DNA of 63,414 bases, filler included. It is 8 parts of 8 records of this genome, joined end to end, with 100 filler letters (N's around TTAATTAATTAA, not from the genome) between each part and the next. Parts side by side here need not be neighbours in the genome. Positions count along the whole stretch, not along the records: positions 1 to 12,726 come from SRR31156797_14406; 7 more parts are not named here. One strand, given 5' to 3'. Numbering within the stretch: position 1 is the first letter of the stretch; every line of letters starts with the position of its first letter. The translations under genes and the position numbers were made by a program. Below, piece after piece: positions 1 to 8,569 of this stretch. The notes beneath the pieces were generated by a model, which had not been told where the DNA came from, did not search any database, and was given only the letters and a program-made list of their open reading frames with translations.

Positions 1-1
1 C

Positions 2-958
2 TTTACCGCCACCTCCTCCCACGGCCTGGCCCTGATGCACGAACTACTCCACTGGGCTTCGGGCGCCCGGCTGCCCCTGGTGATGGGGGAGGTAAACCGG
101 GCGTTGGGACCGGGCTGGAACATCTGGACCGACCAGACCGATTCCCTGGCCCAGCGGGACACGGGCTGGCTTCAGCTCTATTGCGAGAACGGCCAGGAAG
201 CCCTGGACACGACCATCTTCGCCTACCGGCTGGCGGAGCTGATCAACCTGCCGGTGATGGTGATAATGGATGCTTTTTTCGTCTCCCACACCTTTGAACC
301 GGTCAGCATACCCTCCCAGGAAGCCGTGGACCGGTTCCTGCCGCCCCTTGAGCCCCGCATCGCCCTGGACCCGGACAATCCCTTTGCCCTGTACCAGATG
401 GTGCCACCGGCCTTTTACATGGAGATGCGGGACAGCATCCAGCAGGGCATGGACCAGGCCCTTGAAATCTATGACCGGGTGGAGGATGAATTCGAAGCTG
501 TGTTCGGAAGAAGATACGGGCTGATTGAAACCATTGGCTGCGAGGATGCCGACATCATCCTGGTCACCTCCGGCTCGGCCACAAGCACCGCAAGGCAGGC
601 CCAAATGGACCTTGAAGCCAGGGGCGAAAAAATGGGCATCCTTAAAATGAAAACCTTCCGGCCATTTCCCGCCCGGGCCGTAAGAAAGGCCCTGGAAAGG
701 GCGAAGAAAGTGGCGGTCCTTGACAGGAATTTCTCCTTTGGGGCCGGCGGCATCTTTGCCCAGGAGATCAAGTCCGTGCTCCAGCCCCTTGATAACGGAC
801 CGGTGGTGTTCAACTACATTGCGGGCCTTGGGGGCAGGGACATCACCACGGAAACCATCATCGGCATATATGAACAAACAAAGGAAAGGCAGGCTCCGGA
901 TTCGGATTCGGCTTGGGACTGGGTGGGGCTGAACCCCTATGACCACCACCCCAGCTGA
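2..958 (+). CDS. porA: Pyruvate/2-oxoacid:ferredoxin oxidoreductase alpha subunit (5' truncated)
   Basis: Frame is open from the window start (FTATSSHGLALMHE..NRALG..IWTDQTD); C-terminal KTFRPFP and GLGGRD motifs typical of PorA. Confidence 0.9.
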   Translation, partial: FTATSSHGLALMHELLHWASGARLPLVMGEVNRALGPGWNIWTDQTDSLAQRDTGWLQLYCENGQEALDTTIFAYRLAELINLPVMVIMDAFFVSHTFEPVSIPSQEAVDRFLPPLEPRIALDPDNPFALYQMVPPAFYMEMRDSIQQGMDQALEIYDRVEDEFEAVFGRRYGLIETIGCEDADIILVTSGSATSTARQAQMDLEARGEKMGILKMKTFRPFPARAVRKALERAKKVAVLDRNFSFGAGGIFAQEIKSVLQPLDNGPVVFNYIAGLGGRDITTETIIGIYEQTKERQAPDSDSAWDWVGLNPYDHHPS

Positions 959-987
959 CCTTTTCCATAGCCAGAAAGGAGACGCCC

Positions 988-1923
988 ATGCATCACCTCA
1001 ACATACCAGAAAAGAACTATACGGAACCGGGCAACATGAGCTGTCCCGGCTGCGGCGCCGGCATCGCCATGAACCTGGCCCTCAAGGCCCTGGGAAAGGA
1101 TACCATCCTGGTGATCCCGGCCTGCTGCTGGGCCATCATCGCAGGCCCCTACCCCATCTCCTCCCTCAAGGTCCCGGTGCTTCACACGGCCTTTGCCTCG
1201 GCGGCGGTCACGGCCTCGGGCGTCCGGGCAGGCCTCGACATGAAGGGAGACACAAAGACCACGGTGGTGGCCTGGGCCGGGGACGGCGGCACCTTTGACA
1301 TCGGCCTCCAGGCCCTGTCCGGCGCGGCGGAGCGCAACGACGACATCATCTTTGTCTGCTACGACAACGAGGCCTACATGAACACCGGAGTCCAGCGCAG
1401 TTCCTCCACCCCCTACGGCACCCGCACCACCACCACCCCGGGCCAGGCATGGAAGCAAACCCGCAAAAAAAACATCATGGAAATCATGGCGGCCCACCGC
1501 ATCCCCTATGCCGCCACCGCCAACATCGCCTATCCAAAGGATTTCATTGAAAAGTTCAGGAAGGCAAGATCCATTGGCGGCGGCACCCGGTTTCTCCACG
1601 TTTTTGCCTCCTGCACCACCGGATGGGGCGCGCCCTCGGAATATGGAGTGAAGATCGCGCGCCTCGCCACCCAGACCAACATCTTTCCCCTCTATGAAAT
1701 AGAACACGGAACACAGGTTCTCCTGAACGAATCCGGGTCAAGGCCGGTGGAAGAATACCTTGACATTCAGGGACGATTCAAGCATCTTCAAAAGCATCAG
1801 ATCAAACAGATTCAAGACCAGGTGAACGCGGATTTCAACCGTCTAAAATCCAGGGCCGACGCCGCCTGTCCCCCCGGGGCGCAGGCATCCCGGGATTCGC
1901 ACATATCAATGCATCTTTCCTAA
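988..1923 (+). CDS. porB: 2-oxoacid:ferredoxin oxidoreductase beta subunit (TPP-binding)
   Basis: SCPGCG, WAGDGG...DNEAYMNTG TPP motif; AGGAG RBS; follows the alpha subunit. Confidence 0.9.
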   Translation: MHHLNIPEKNYTEPGNMSCPGCGAGIAMNLALKALGKDTILVIPACCWAIIAGPYPISSLKVPVLHTAFASAAVTASGVRAGLDMKGDTKTTVVAWAGDGGTFDIGLQALSGAAERNDDIIFVCYDNEAYMNTGVQRSSSTPYGTRTTTTPGQAWKQTRKKNIMEIMAAHRIPYAATANIAYPKDFIEKFRKARSIGGGTRFLHVFASCTTGWGAPSEYGVKIARLATQTNIFPLYEIEHGTQVLLNESGSRPVEEYLDIQGRFKHLQKHQIKQIQDQVNADFNRLKSRADAACPPGAQASRDSHISMHLS

Positions 1924-1939
1924 AGGACAGGAGGTTAAC

Positions 1940-3265
1940 GTGGTTCAATCTATTGCTGGATCGTTTACGAAGGTGGTTCGAAGATGGTTGCCGGATGCTT
2001 TTTTGTTTGCAGTGATTCTCACCTTTGCCGTGTTTGCCTTTGGCATCATATTCAAGGGCCAGTCACCGGTTGACATGGTGGCATTCTGGGGCCAGGGGTT
2101 CTGGAAACTGCTGGCCTTTGCCATGCAGATGGTCCTGGTCCTGGTCACCGGCCACACCCTTGCGAAAACCAAGGCGGTGGAAAACATATTGATCTCCCTC
2201 TCAAAGCTTGCCTACACCCCCGCCCAGGCCATCGGGGTGACCACCTTTTTCACCATGCTCGCATGCTGGTTGAACTGGGGATTCGGCCTGATCGTGGGGG
2301 CCCTCCTGGCAAAACAGATGGCCAAAAGAATCAAGGGCATCCACTACGGGCTCCTGGTGGCGTCCGCCTATTCGGGGTTCATTGTATGGCACGCGGGAAT
2401 TTCAGGATCCATCCCCCTGAAAGTGGCCCAGGTATCCCAAAACTTCATGTCCCAGGTTACCGGCGGGGAAGTCATTCCCGTAATCGAGACGATTTTCACC
2501 TGGCAGAATCTTCTGCTCTGCCTGTTTCTCATGATTACCCTTCCCATCATCAACAAAATGATGATCCCGGACCCGGAGGAGATCGTTGAGATCGATCCGG
2601 CACTGCTCGAGGAGAATACCGAACCTGCCGAAGAGCGCCCCGGAACAACCCCGGCCGAAAGAATCGAAAACAGCAGGGTCATCTCACTGCTCCTGGGCCT
2701 GTTCGGCTTCTCCTATATTGTTTACTTTTTTGTCAAAGGCGGCACCCTTGGCCTCAACAGCGTCAACATGATCTTTCTTTTTGCCGGCATCGTTCTCCAC
2801 GGCACCCCGGCCAATTTCCTGAAGGCCGCCAATGAGGCCATCAGGAACACCGGCGGCATCGTGCTCCAGTTTCCCCTCTATGCCGGCATCATGGGCATGA
2901 TGGTTCATTCGGGCCTTGCCTCGTCCATCAGCCAGTGGTTTGTCCATATCTCCACCCCCGGGACCTTTCCGTTTTTAACCTTTTTGAGCGCGGGCATCGT
3001 CAACTTCTTTGTGCCGTCCGGCGGCGGCCAGTGGGCCGTCCAGGGCCCCATCGTCATGCCCGCGGCAAAGGCACTGGGGGTTCCCCTCGGCAAGGCCGCC
3101 ATGGCCATCGCCTGGGGAGATGCCTGGACAAACATGATCCAGCCCTTCTGGGCCCTTCCCCTCCTCGGCATCGCGGGTCTCGGCATCCGGGACATCATGG
3201 GCTATTGCGTGGTTGCCCTGCTCTGGGGCGGCGCCTTGATCTCCCTGTTCCTGCTCTTTCTATGA
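1940..3265 (+). CDS. atoE: Short-chain fatty acid transporter (AtoE family)
   Basis: LPDAFLFA, FAMQM, VPSGGGQWAVQGP, GDAWTNMIQPFWALP motifs; multi-TM; AGGAGG RBS before GTG. Confidence 0.9.
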   Translation: MVQSIAGSFTKVVRRWLPDAFLFAVILTFAVFAFGIIFKGQSPVDMVAFWGQGFWKLLAFAMQMVLVLVTGHTLAKTKAVENILISLSKLAYTPAQAIGVTTFFTMLACWLNWGFGLIVGALLAKQMAKRIKGIHYGLLVASAYSGFIVWHAGISGSIPLKVAQVSQNFMSQVTGGEVIPVIETIFTWQNLLLCLFLMITLPIINKMMIPDPEEIVEIDPALLEENTEPAEERPGTTPAERIENSRVISLLLGLFGFSYIVYFFVKGGTLGLNSVNMIFLFAGIVLHGTPANFLKAANEAIRNTGGIVLQFPLYAGIMGMMVHSGLASSISQWFVHISTPGTFPFLTFLSAGIVNFFVPSGGGQWAVQGPIVMPAAKALGVPLGKAAMAIAWGDAWTNMIQPFWALPLLGIAGLGIRDIMGYCVVALLWGGALISLFLLFL

Positions 3266-3266
3266 C

Positions 3267-4508
3267 ATGGAATCCATCTGCCACAAACCGGCATGGGAAC
3301 TTGCCGGACGCATTGCCGCAAAGGAGCTCTCTCCCCTGGAATTGATGGAATCCACCCTCCGCCGGGTGGATTCCGTCAATCCCCCATTGAACGCCTTTGT
3401 GGCCCTTCACCCGGAACGGGCCATGGAAGAGGCAAGGGCCATGACCGAAGCCATTGTAATTGGAAAGACCAACACCCCGGAGTTCGGTTTTACCGGCTTC
3501 ACCAAAAACAGGCTCCACGGCACCACCCGGAACCCCTGGAATCTTTCACTCCCCCCGGGCGGCTCCAGCGGCGGCGCTGCCGCTGCCATGGCGGGCGGCC
3601 TGGTTCCCCTGTGCACCGGCTCCGATGCCGGGGGGTCCATCCGGATTCCCGCCTCCTACTCCGGATGCTTTGGCATGAAGCCGTCATTTGGCAGGATTCC
3701 TATAGGCCCCCGGTCTTTCCAAAGCTTCAGCGCCCTGGAAACCCTGGGGCCGATGACCCGCACCGTTGCAGACGCGGCCCTCTATCTTGACTGCACCAGC
3801 GGAGATCATCCCTGTGATCCCCACTCCCTGCCCAGGCCCGACCAGTCCTACCTGAAACGCCTGGATGATCTGCCCGATAACCTGACCCTTGCCTTCAGCC
3901 CGGACCTGGGATATGCCCGGGTGGAAAAAGAGGTGATGGCCTGCGTTGAAAAGGCGGTCCGGACATTTGAAGGGATGGGCCATACGGTTGAGTTGTGGTC
4001 AGGAGCCCTTCCCGACTCCGGGGAGGCCTGGGTTCGTCTTTTCTGTACGGATATTTTTGCCCAACTTGGAGAAATGCCGGAAACAAATAAGGAGAAAATG
4101 GGCCGAAGCCTGGTGGCCGCAATTGACCAGACAAAAAAACTGTCCATAAAGGAACTCTCCGCTATCCAGAACCTGAAATGGAGATTGAACCAACAGCTCC
4201 AGGAACTCTTCCAGGGGGCGGACCTGCTCCTGACGCCCACCATGCCCACCCCGGCCTTTGCCGCGGACGGCCCCCCGCCGGACACCATTGACGGCCATCC
4301 GGTTCCCCTGCTTGGCCCGGTGGCCTTTACCTATCCCTTTAACTTTTCCGGCCATCCGGCAGCTTCGGTGCCCGCCGGGCTGACTAAAAAAGGAGAGCCG
4401 GTGGGTCTTCAAATCATCGGCACCCGCCACGGCGACGCCCTGGTGCTCCAGGCGGCCAGGGCCTATGAAAAAATCCGGCCCTGGAACAACCACTGGCCCG
4501 ATTTGTAA
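3267..4508 (+). CDS. Amidase-signature family protein with an apparent in-frame internal deletion
   Basis: GKTNTPEFG, PGGSSGG, GSDAGGSIRIPAS present, but the catalytic-Lys segment (G.P..VKD) is absent. Confidence 0.85.
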   Translation: MESICHKPAWELAGRIAAKELSPLELMESTLRRVDSVNPPLNAFVALHPERAMEEARAMTEAIVIGKTNTPEFGFTGFTKNRLHGTTRNPWNLSLPPGGSSGGAAAAMAGGLVPLCTGSDAGGSIRIPASYSGCFGMKPSFGRIPIGPRSFQSFSALETLGPMTRTVADAALYLDCTSGDHPCDPHSLPRPDQSYLKRLDDLPDNLTLAFSPDLGYARVEKEVMACVEKAVRTFEGMGHTVELWSGALPDSGEAWVRLFCTDIFAQLGEMPETNKEKMGRSLVAAIDQTKKLSIKELSAIQNLKWRLNQQLQELFQGADLLLTPTMPTPAFAADGPPPDTIDGHPVPLLGPVAFTYPFNFSGHPAASVPAGLTKKGEPVGLQIIGTRHGDALVLQAARAYEKIRPWNNHWPDL

Positions 4509-4640
4509 GCATCTTCTCCAATAAACAAAAATGGGGATTGCTTTATTCTCCCGCAACGTTTTTTAAGCTTGAAGGAAAGAACGATTACTTGAATAAAAAT
4601 GACAGCATCACCAAAGCAATTGAGAAAAGAGATATAAGGC

Positions 4641-5111
4641 TTATGGAAGAAGCTGGGGACGCTGTATGTGGACATTTTCCAATGCTGAAACCCGGTATTT
4701 TCCATCTTTTGTCCTGGCACGGATATGGGGCAGGTCGATCATCGTGACATCATCAAATTCATCAATCCAGCCGGTGTGATCATAGTGAAAATGGGATAAA
4801 ACCACCCGAATCCGTTTATCCGTGTATTTCCGTACAACTTCGCTGATAGGCCGGATGTCGGCACCGCCCTTCCCCGTGCCGGAGTCAAAGAGGATCGCCT
4901 CTTTTTCGCCAACAATCAAATAAGACGAATTGTACTGTGAAGACTTTGGTTCACCAATGATAATGGTCTGGTCATCAATTTTCTCAATCGCGTACCAATC
5001 GTCTATATACCGGGCGTTCTCATTCCAAAGATCGCCTATTTTCAAATGATCAAATACTGCATCCCTGGCAACGGTCGGTTGATAACCTGTACTAAATGGA
5101 AAACGTAACAA
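4641..5111 (-). pseudogene. Metallo-beta-lactamase-fold hydrolase fragment
   Basis: SHFHYDH metal motif and AILFDSGTG, but the frame ends soon after and lacks the C-terminal half of the fold. Confidence 0.6.
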
Positions 5112-5259
5112 AATAAAGCCTTTCCTTCGGGTAAATAATTTCTAACTTAAGCCGGCTCCATCCGCAAGCCGAAGACAAATCAAGGTTGCCATGCTATTGT
5201 CCCATTGTCCTAGTATAGTTGGATTAGATTTTTTGCAATTCCGCTTCTTATACCATTTT

Positions 5260-5757
5260 TTACACATCTTTTGCTTCAAGAATAAAAAAATTAGAGAGTG
5301 AAAAGACAACCTCAACGTCTTTACCTAACGAGTATTTCTTTTTAAGCTGATTTGCCAGCTTGGCAATTTCTGTTTCTATGATGCCTTTGAGACCAGCAAG
5401 ATCGTTAACGCTCTGCTCCTTTGATTTCAATATCTGCAGGATAGCGACGCCACTCCATTCCACTTTTAATCTTCTAATAAAATTCTCATACGCATCCGAC
5501 TTGTACATTTTTCTGTCATAGGGTTCATTGAGGAATTGAATTGAAACCACAAGATTATAAAGCCCTTTGTCCTTGATCAGGACCGGAGCTACAATACTAT
5601 CGGCGCTATACGGACTGCTGTATCCCGAACCCAATCCTCCCAGAGCATTCGATGTTAGAAGACAAACTGTCATTAATGAAAAAAAGAACCATCGAACCAT
5701 TCCGGACGCCTTATTGGCAAGTTTCCAAGGATGGTTTATTTTACCGTACGGAAGCAT
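5260..5757 (-). CDS. Hypothetical exported protein
   Basis: 165-aa ORF with a signal-peptide-like hydrophobic segment; true start may be internal (MVRWFFF). Confidence 0.5.
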   Translation of the reverse strand: MLPYGKINHPWKLANKASGMVRWFFFSLMTVCLLTSNALGGLGSGYSSPYSADSIVAPVLIKDKGLYNLVVSIQFLNEPYDRKMYKSDAYENFIRRLKVEWSGVAILQILKSKEQSVNDLAGLKGIIETEIAKLANQLKKKYSLGKDVEVVFSLSNFFILEAKDV

Positions 5758-5882
5758 ATTTTTTCCTCCAACAATTTTCCTGAAAATTGATTATTGACAA
5801 TCCCAGCGGCGCAAAGAATGCAGGGATCGCCGGCGACCGATACCCTTTGGGTCCGGGTGCAGCGCCGGGGCATGTGAACGTT

Positions 5883-6812
5883 TCATTTTTCTTCGAGACC
5901 ATAAACCTGCCTTGGAGCAAGATACCCTGGGAATCTGTCAATAAGGGTGCGGCGGATATCATAGCAGAAGTGGCATTCATCAACATACTCTCCCTCGATG
6001 TCAAGATCGTATTTCTTTGCCAACAGTGCCGGACCGCCTTTGGCCAGCGGTCCGCAGATGGGGTGCGAATCAACCTCGTATTCGAATGCGAGGGTTGAAA
6101 GCGGACGTTGCCACATGTTACCCATGCTTATGCCCTGGCACAGATGCACATGACCATAACAGTCAACGTGTACCCTTGCTGGGAATTGCAAATTTTCATG
6201 TGGACATTCAATGAGTTCGCGTCCGGGTCTCCGGGGTAACCCTGCGGTCAGCTTTTCGACAGCTCTTCCCCTGAACATCGCACCACCCCCGATTACAGGA
6301 CCACCCTTGTTCTGGCCTTCCCCGGGCATGGAATCAACAAAGGGTTTCTGAATGCGGACAGGAGCAGTCGGGATGCCTAACTTGCGGGCCGCCGCCAACG
6401 CGCGTCCGGCAGGGGATACTCCCTCCCCATAGTGAAATGAATCGTCACTGATGCTGAGGTATGTTACGCCAAGATCCGCGAGGGGCCTAAGCCAAACCTC
6501 GGCATCGGCTTCGGAAACCGCACCGTAGGCATTGGTTACGATCCCGACCTTGAATCCCATGTCCCTTGCAAGCCTTATCCCTTCAAGCATTGATGGATAA
6601 AATAGAAATGGTTCACCTCCTTCGAAGTATATCCATTCCACCTTGCCGATTTTTCGTGATTCATCGAGCACACTGCGAATCTGGGGTAATGTCATGGTAC
6701 CTTTGGCCTTCGGACCAGAGTAAAGGAAACAATGATCGCATTCAAGGTTACATTTGTATGTCATCAAAATATGGATACCAGTTAACATTTCTATTCCTTT
6801 CGCTGCTCCCAC
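5883..6812 (-). CDS. Radical SAM protein
   Basis: CNLECDHC (CxxxCxxC), FEGGEP, VTNA motifs; C-terminal Cys cluster (ECPH, LCQG, DECHFC). Confidence 0.9.
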   Translation of the reverse strand: MGAAKGIEMLTGIHILMTYKCNLECDHCFLYSGPKAKGTMTLPQIRSVLDESRKIGKVEWIYFEGGEPFLFYPSMLEGIRLARDMGFKVGIVTNAYGAVSEADAEVWLRPLADLGVTYLSISDDSFHYGEGVSPAGRALAAARKLGIPTAPVRIQKPFVDSMPGEGQNKGGPVIGGGAMFRGRAVEKLTAGLPRRPGRELIECPHENLQFPARVHVDCYGHVHLCQGISMGNMWQRPLSTLAFEYEVDSHPICGPLAKGGPALLAKKYDLDIEGEYVDECHFCYDIRRTLIDRFPGYLAPRQVYGLEEK

Positions 6813-7320
6813 AACAATACAATCAGCTGTTTCTATTTATCTGTAATATTTTTCCCGAGAGGGCAGCCACTGATTTCCAAAAGAATAAACAGAAGCACCG
6901 AATGGCATGCCGCCTGTCAATATTTGCCTGGGCTTTCAGTCCCTGACCGCTATGGTTCAGGCTATTTTAAAAGCGTTTTTTTCAGATGAAGTCTGACTGT
7001 TTACATTACAATTTTCAATCATGCAGTCAAGGGACAATTTATTGGGGAAAGTGCCAGGAGAGCTGAAACGATACCATGAAAGGCGCTTGTAAAAAGGTGT
7101 TGCTGAAAATGCCCGCCTCTTTCAGGACATCATTGTCCTCATCAAAGACGTAAAAAGTATCCTTGGTTACCTTCACCCCTCTGCCATACCGGGCTATGAA
7201 TCCAGGACATGCTCCATTGTTTTTTCAGCTTGAAATATCGAACAATTGTTTTAATAATAAGATCATGGTCATAACACTACCTGGCATAAGGCCGGGCCAA
7301 TAGAAAATAATGGGGGAAGA

Positions 7321-7680
7321 ATGATTTATTGGTTGATGGGTTCAATTGGGCTGTTTCTGCTGAACTTCATCTATGGCGTGTTTTATAAACTGCAAACTCA
7401 TTTTTTGATTAAAGCCACACTTGTGTATCCCGAGGTTAACGCGGAAATAGGCAGTCCCCGTTCAATTGTCGACATCAGCCAACGTCATAATTCTTCATGC
7501 TATGATGCTTTTCAACGATTTTTTTAAAAAAAGCGCTATCTCGATGCTGACATACCGGAAGTTTTAGCAAATAAATTTGCAACGCAGGAGGAAACAAAGA
7601 GAAAAGGTATAAGGTTCGCCTTGATAACGACAGGCAACCTGTTCATCTGTTTGTTGGTTTTATCGCTCTTGTCCGATTGA
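7321..7680 (+). pseudogene. Small two-TM membrane protein interrupted by an in-frame TAA
   Basis: ORF stops at 7525-7527 inside T7A7; the same frame continues 50 codons to a hydrophobic C-terminal helix and TGA at 7680. Confidence 0.5.
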
Positions 7681-7696
7681 ACAAACAGAATTACAA

Positions 7697-8569
7697 TTAT
7701 TCATTCAAATAAAAGTCATTAACACACTCTCTGTACCTTTTTATGCTGACTTCATCCAGCCAAAGTTCATAGAATTCATGAAACTCCGGAGAATTCCTAT
7801 GTTCCCTCAGGATAGGGTTTATTTCATCGATGATTTTTCTGCCCCACTCATTTTTTGGAAAACCAACATAGCACAATGTGTATTCCGGCATTCCTTCCAC
7901 CGGGAACCAGACAAATCTATCGGTTTTTCCCAATTGTTTCGCATAATAGTGGGCCTCATTTGGATAACAGGGAATATAATCGATTCTTCCCTTAAGCATC
8001 AGAAGAAGCAACGGCTCTAAAACAGATCGCTTATAATTCACATAAATATTATCATGATCCTCATATTTCTTTAATATTTCATCAATGATGCCCGAGTATT
8101 TGCGTCCGGATGAAAGACCAAATTTTAGTTTACTTTCCGTAATCGTTTTCTCCAAAGAGAGAGAGCCAGCCTCATTCAAATACGGTTTGATTCTAGCCAG
8201 TTTAGATTTCAGGGTCAGTATTCCATTCGGCAGCAAGACCATATACGGTATGGAGAATTCTATAAAATTCTCCCGTTCCGGAGTTTTTAACAATACGGCC
8301 GACCCAACGTTCCTTTGTCTTTTGATGGCAGTCAATATCCGGTTATAATTACAGACAACCACCTTGTTTTCATACCCAGTCATTTTTTCGATAAGAACTG
8401 CGGTTACGCGGTCGCATGAACCTTTCCCGGCATAAGGACCGTTCGGAATGGAAAAAGGCGGCATATTGCTTCGAAGCCATAAAATTTCGTCTTCGGCTTC
8501 TCCCACACAAGGAATCAAGGAACACGCCATAAAACATAGCAGTCGTAACAGGAAATTTACTTTCATCAT
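7697..8569 (-). CDS. Extracellular solute-binding protein (SBP_bac_3-like)
   Basis: Signal peptide; PPF.I..GP..GKG..D, LLKTPERE..FS.P, GRIDY motifs. Confidence 0.75.
   Translation of the reverse strand: MMKVNFLLRLLCFMACSLIPCVGEAEDEILWLRSNMPPFSIPNGPYAGKGSCDRVTAVLIEKMTGYENKVVVCNYNRILTAIKRQRNVGSAVLLKTPERENFIEFSIPYMVLLPNGILTLKSKLARIKPYLNEAGSLSLEKTITESKLKFGLSSGRKYSGIIDEILKKYEDHDNIYVNYKRSVLEPLLLLMLKGRIDYIPCYPNEAHYYAKQLGKTDRFVWFPVEGMPEYTLCYVGFPKNEWGRKIIDEINPILREHRNSPEFHEFYELWLDEVSIKRYRECVNDFYLNE

Noticed and set aside
44-949. Long antisense ORFs (e.g. 44-949, 937-1707, 32177-33514, 33730-34722)
   Set aside because: Shadows of well-supported genes on the opposite strand in GC-rich DNA; no motifs
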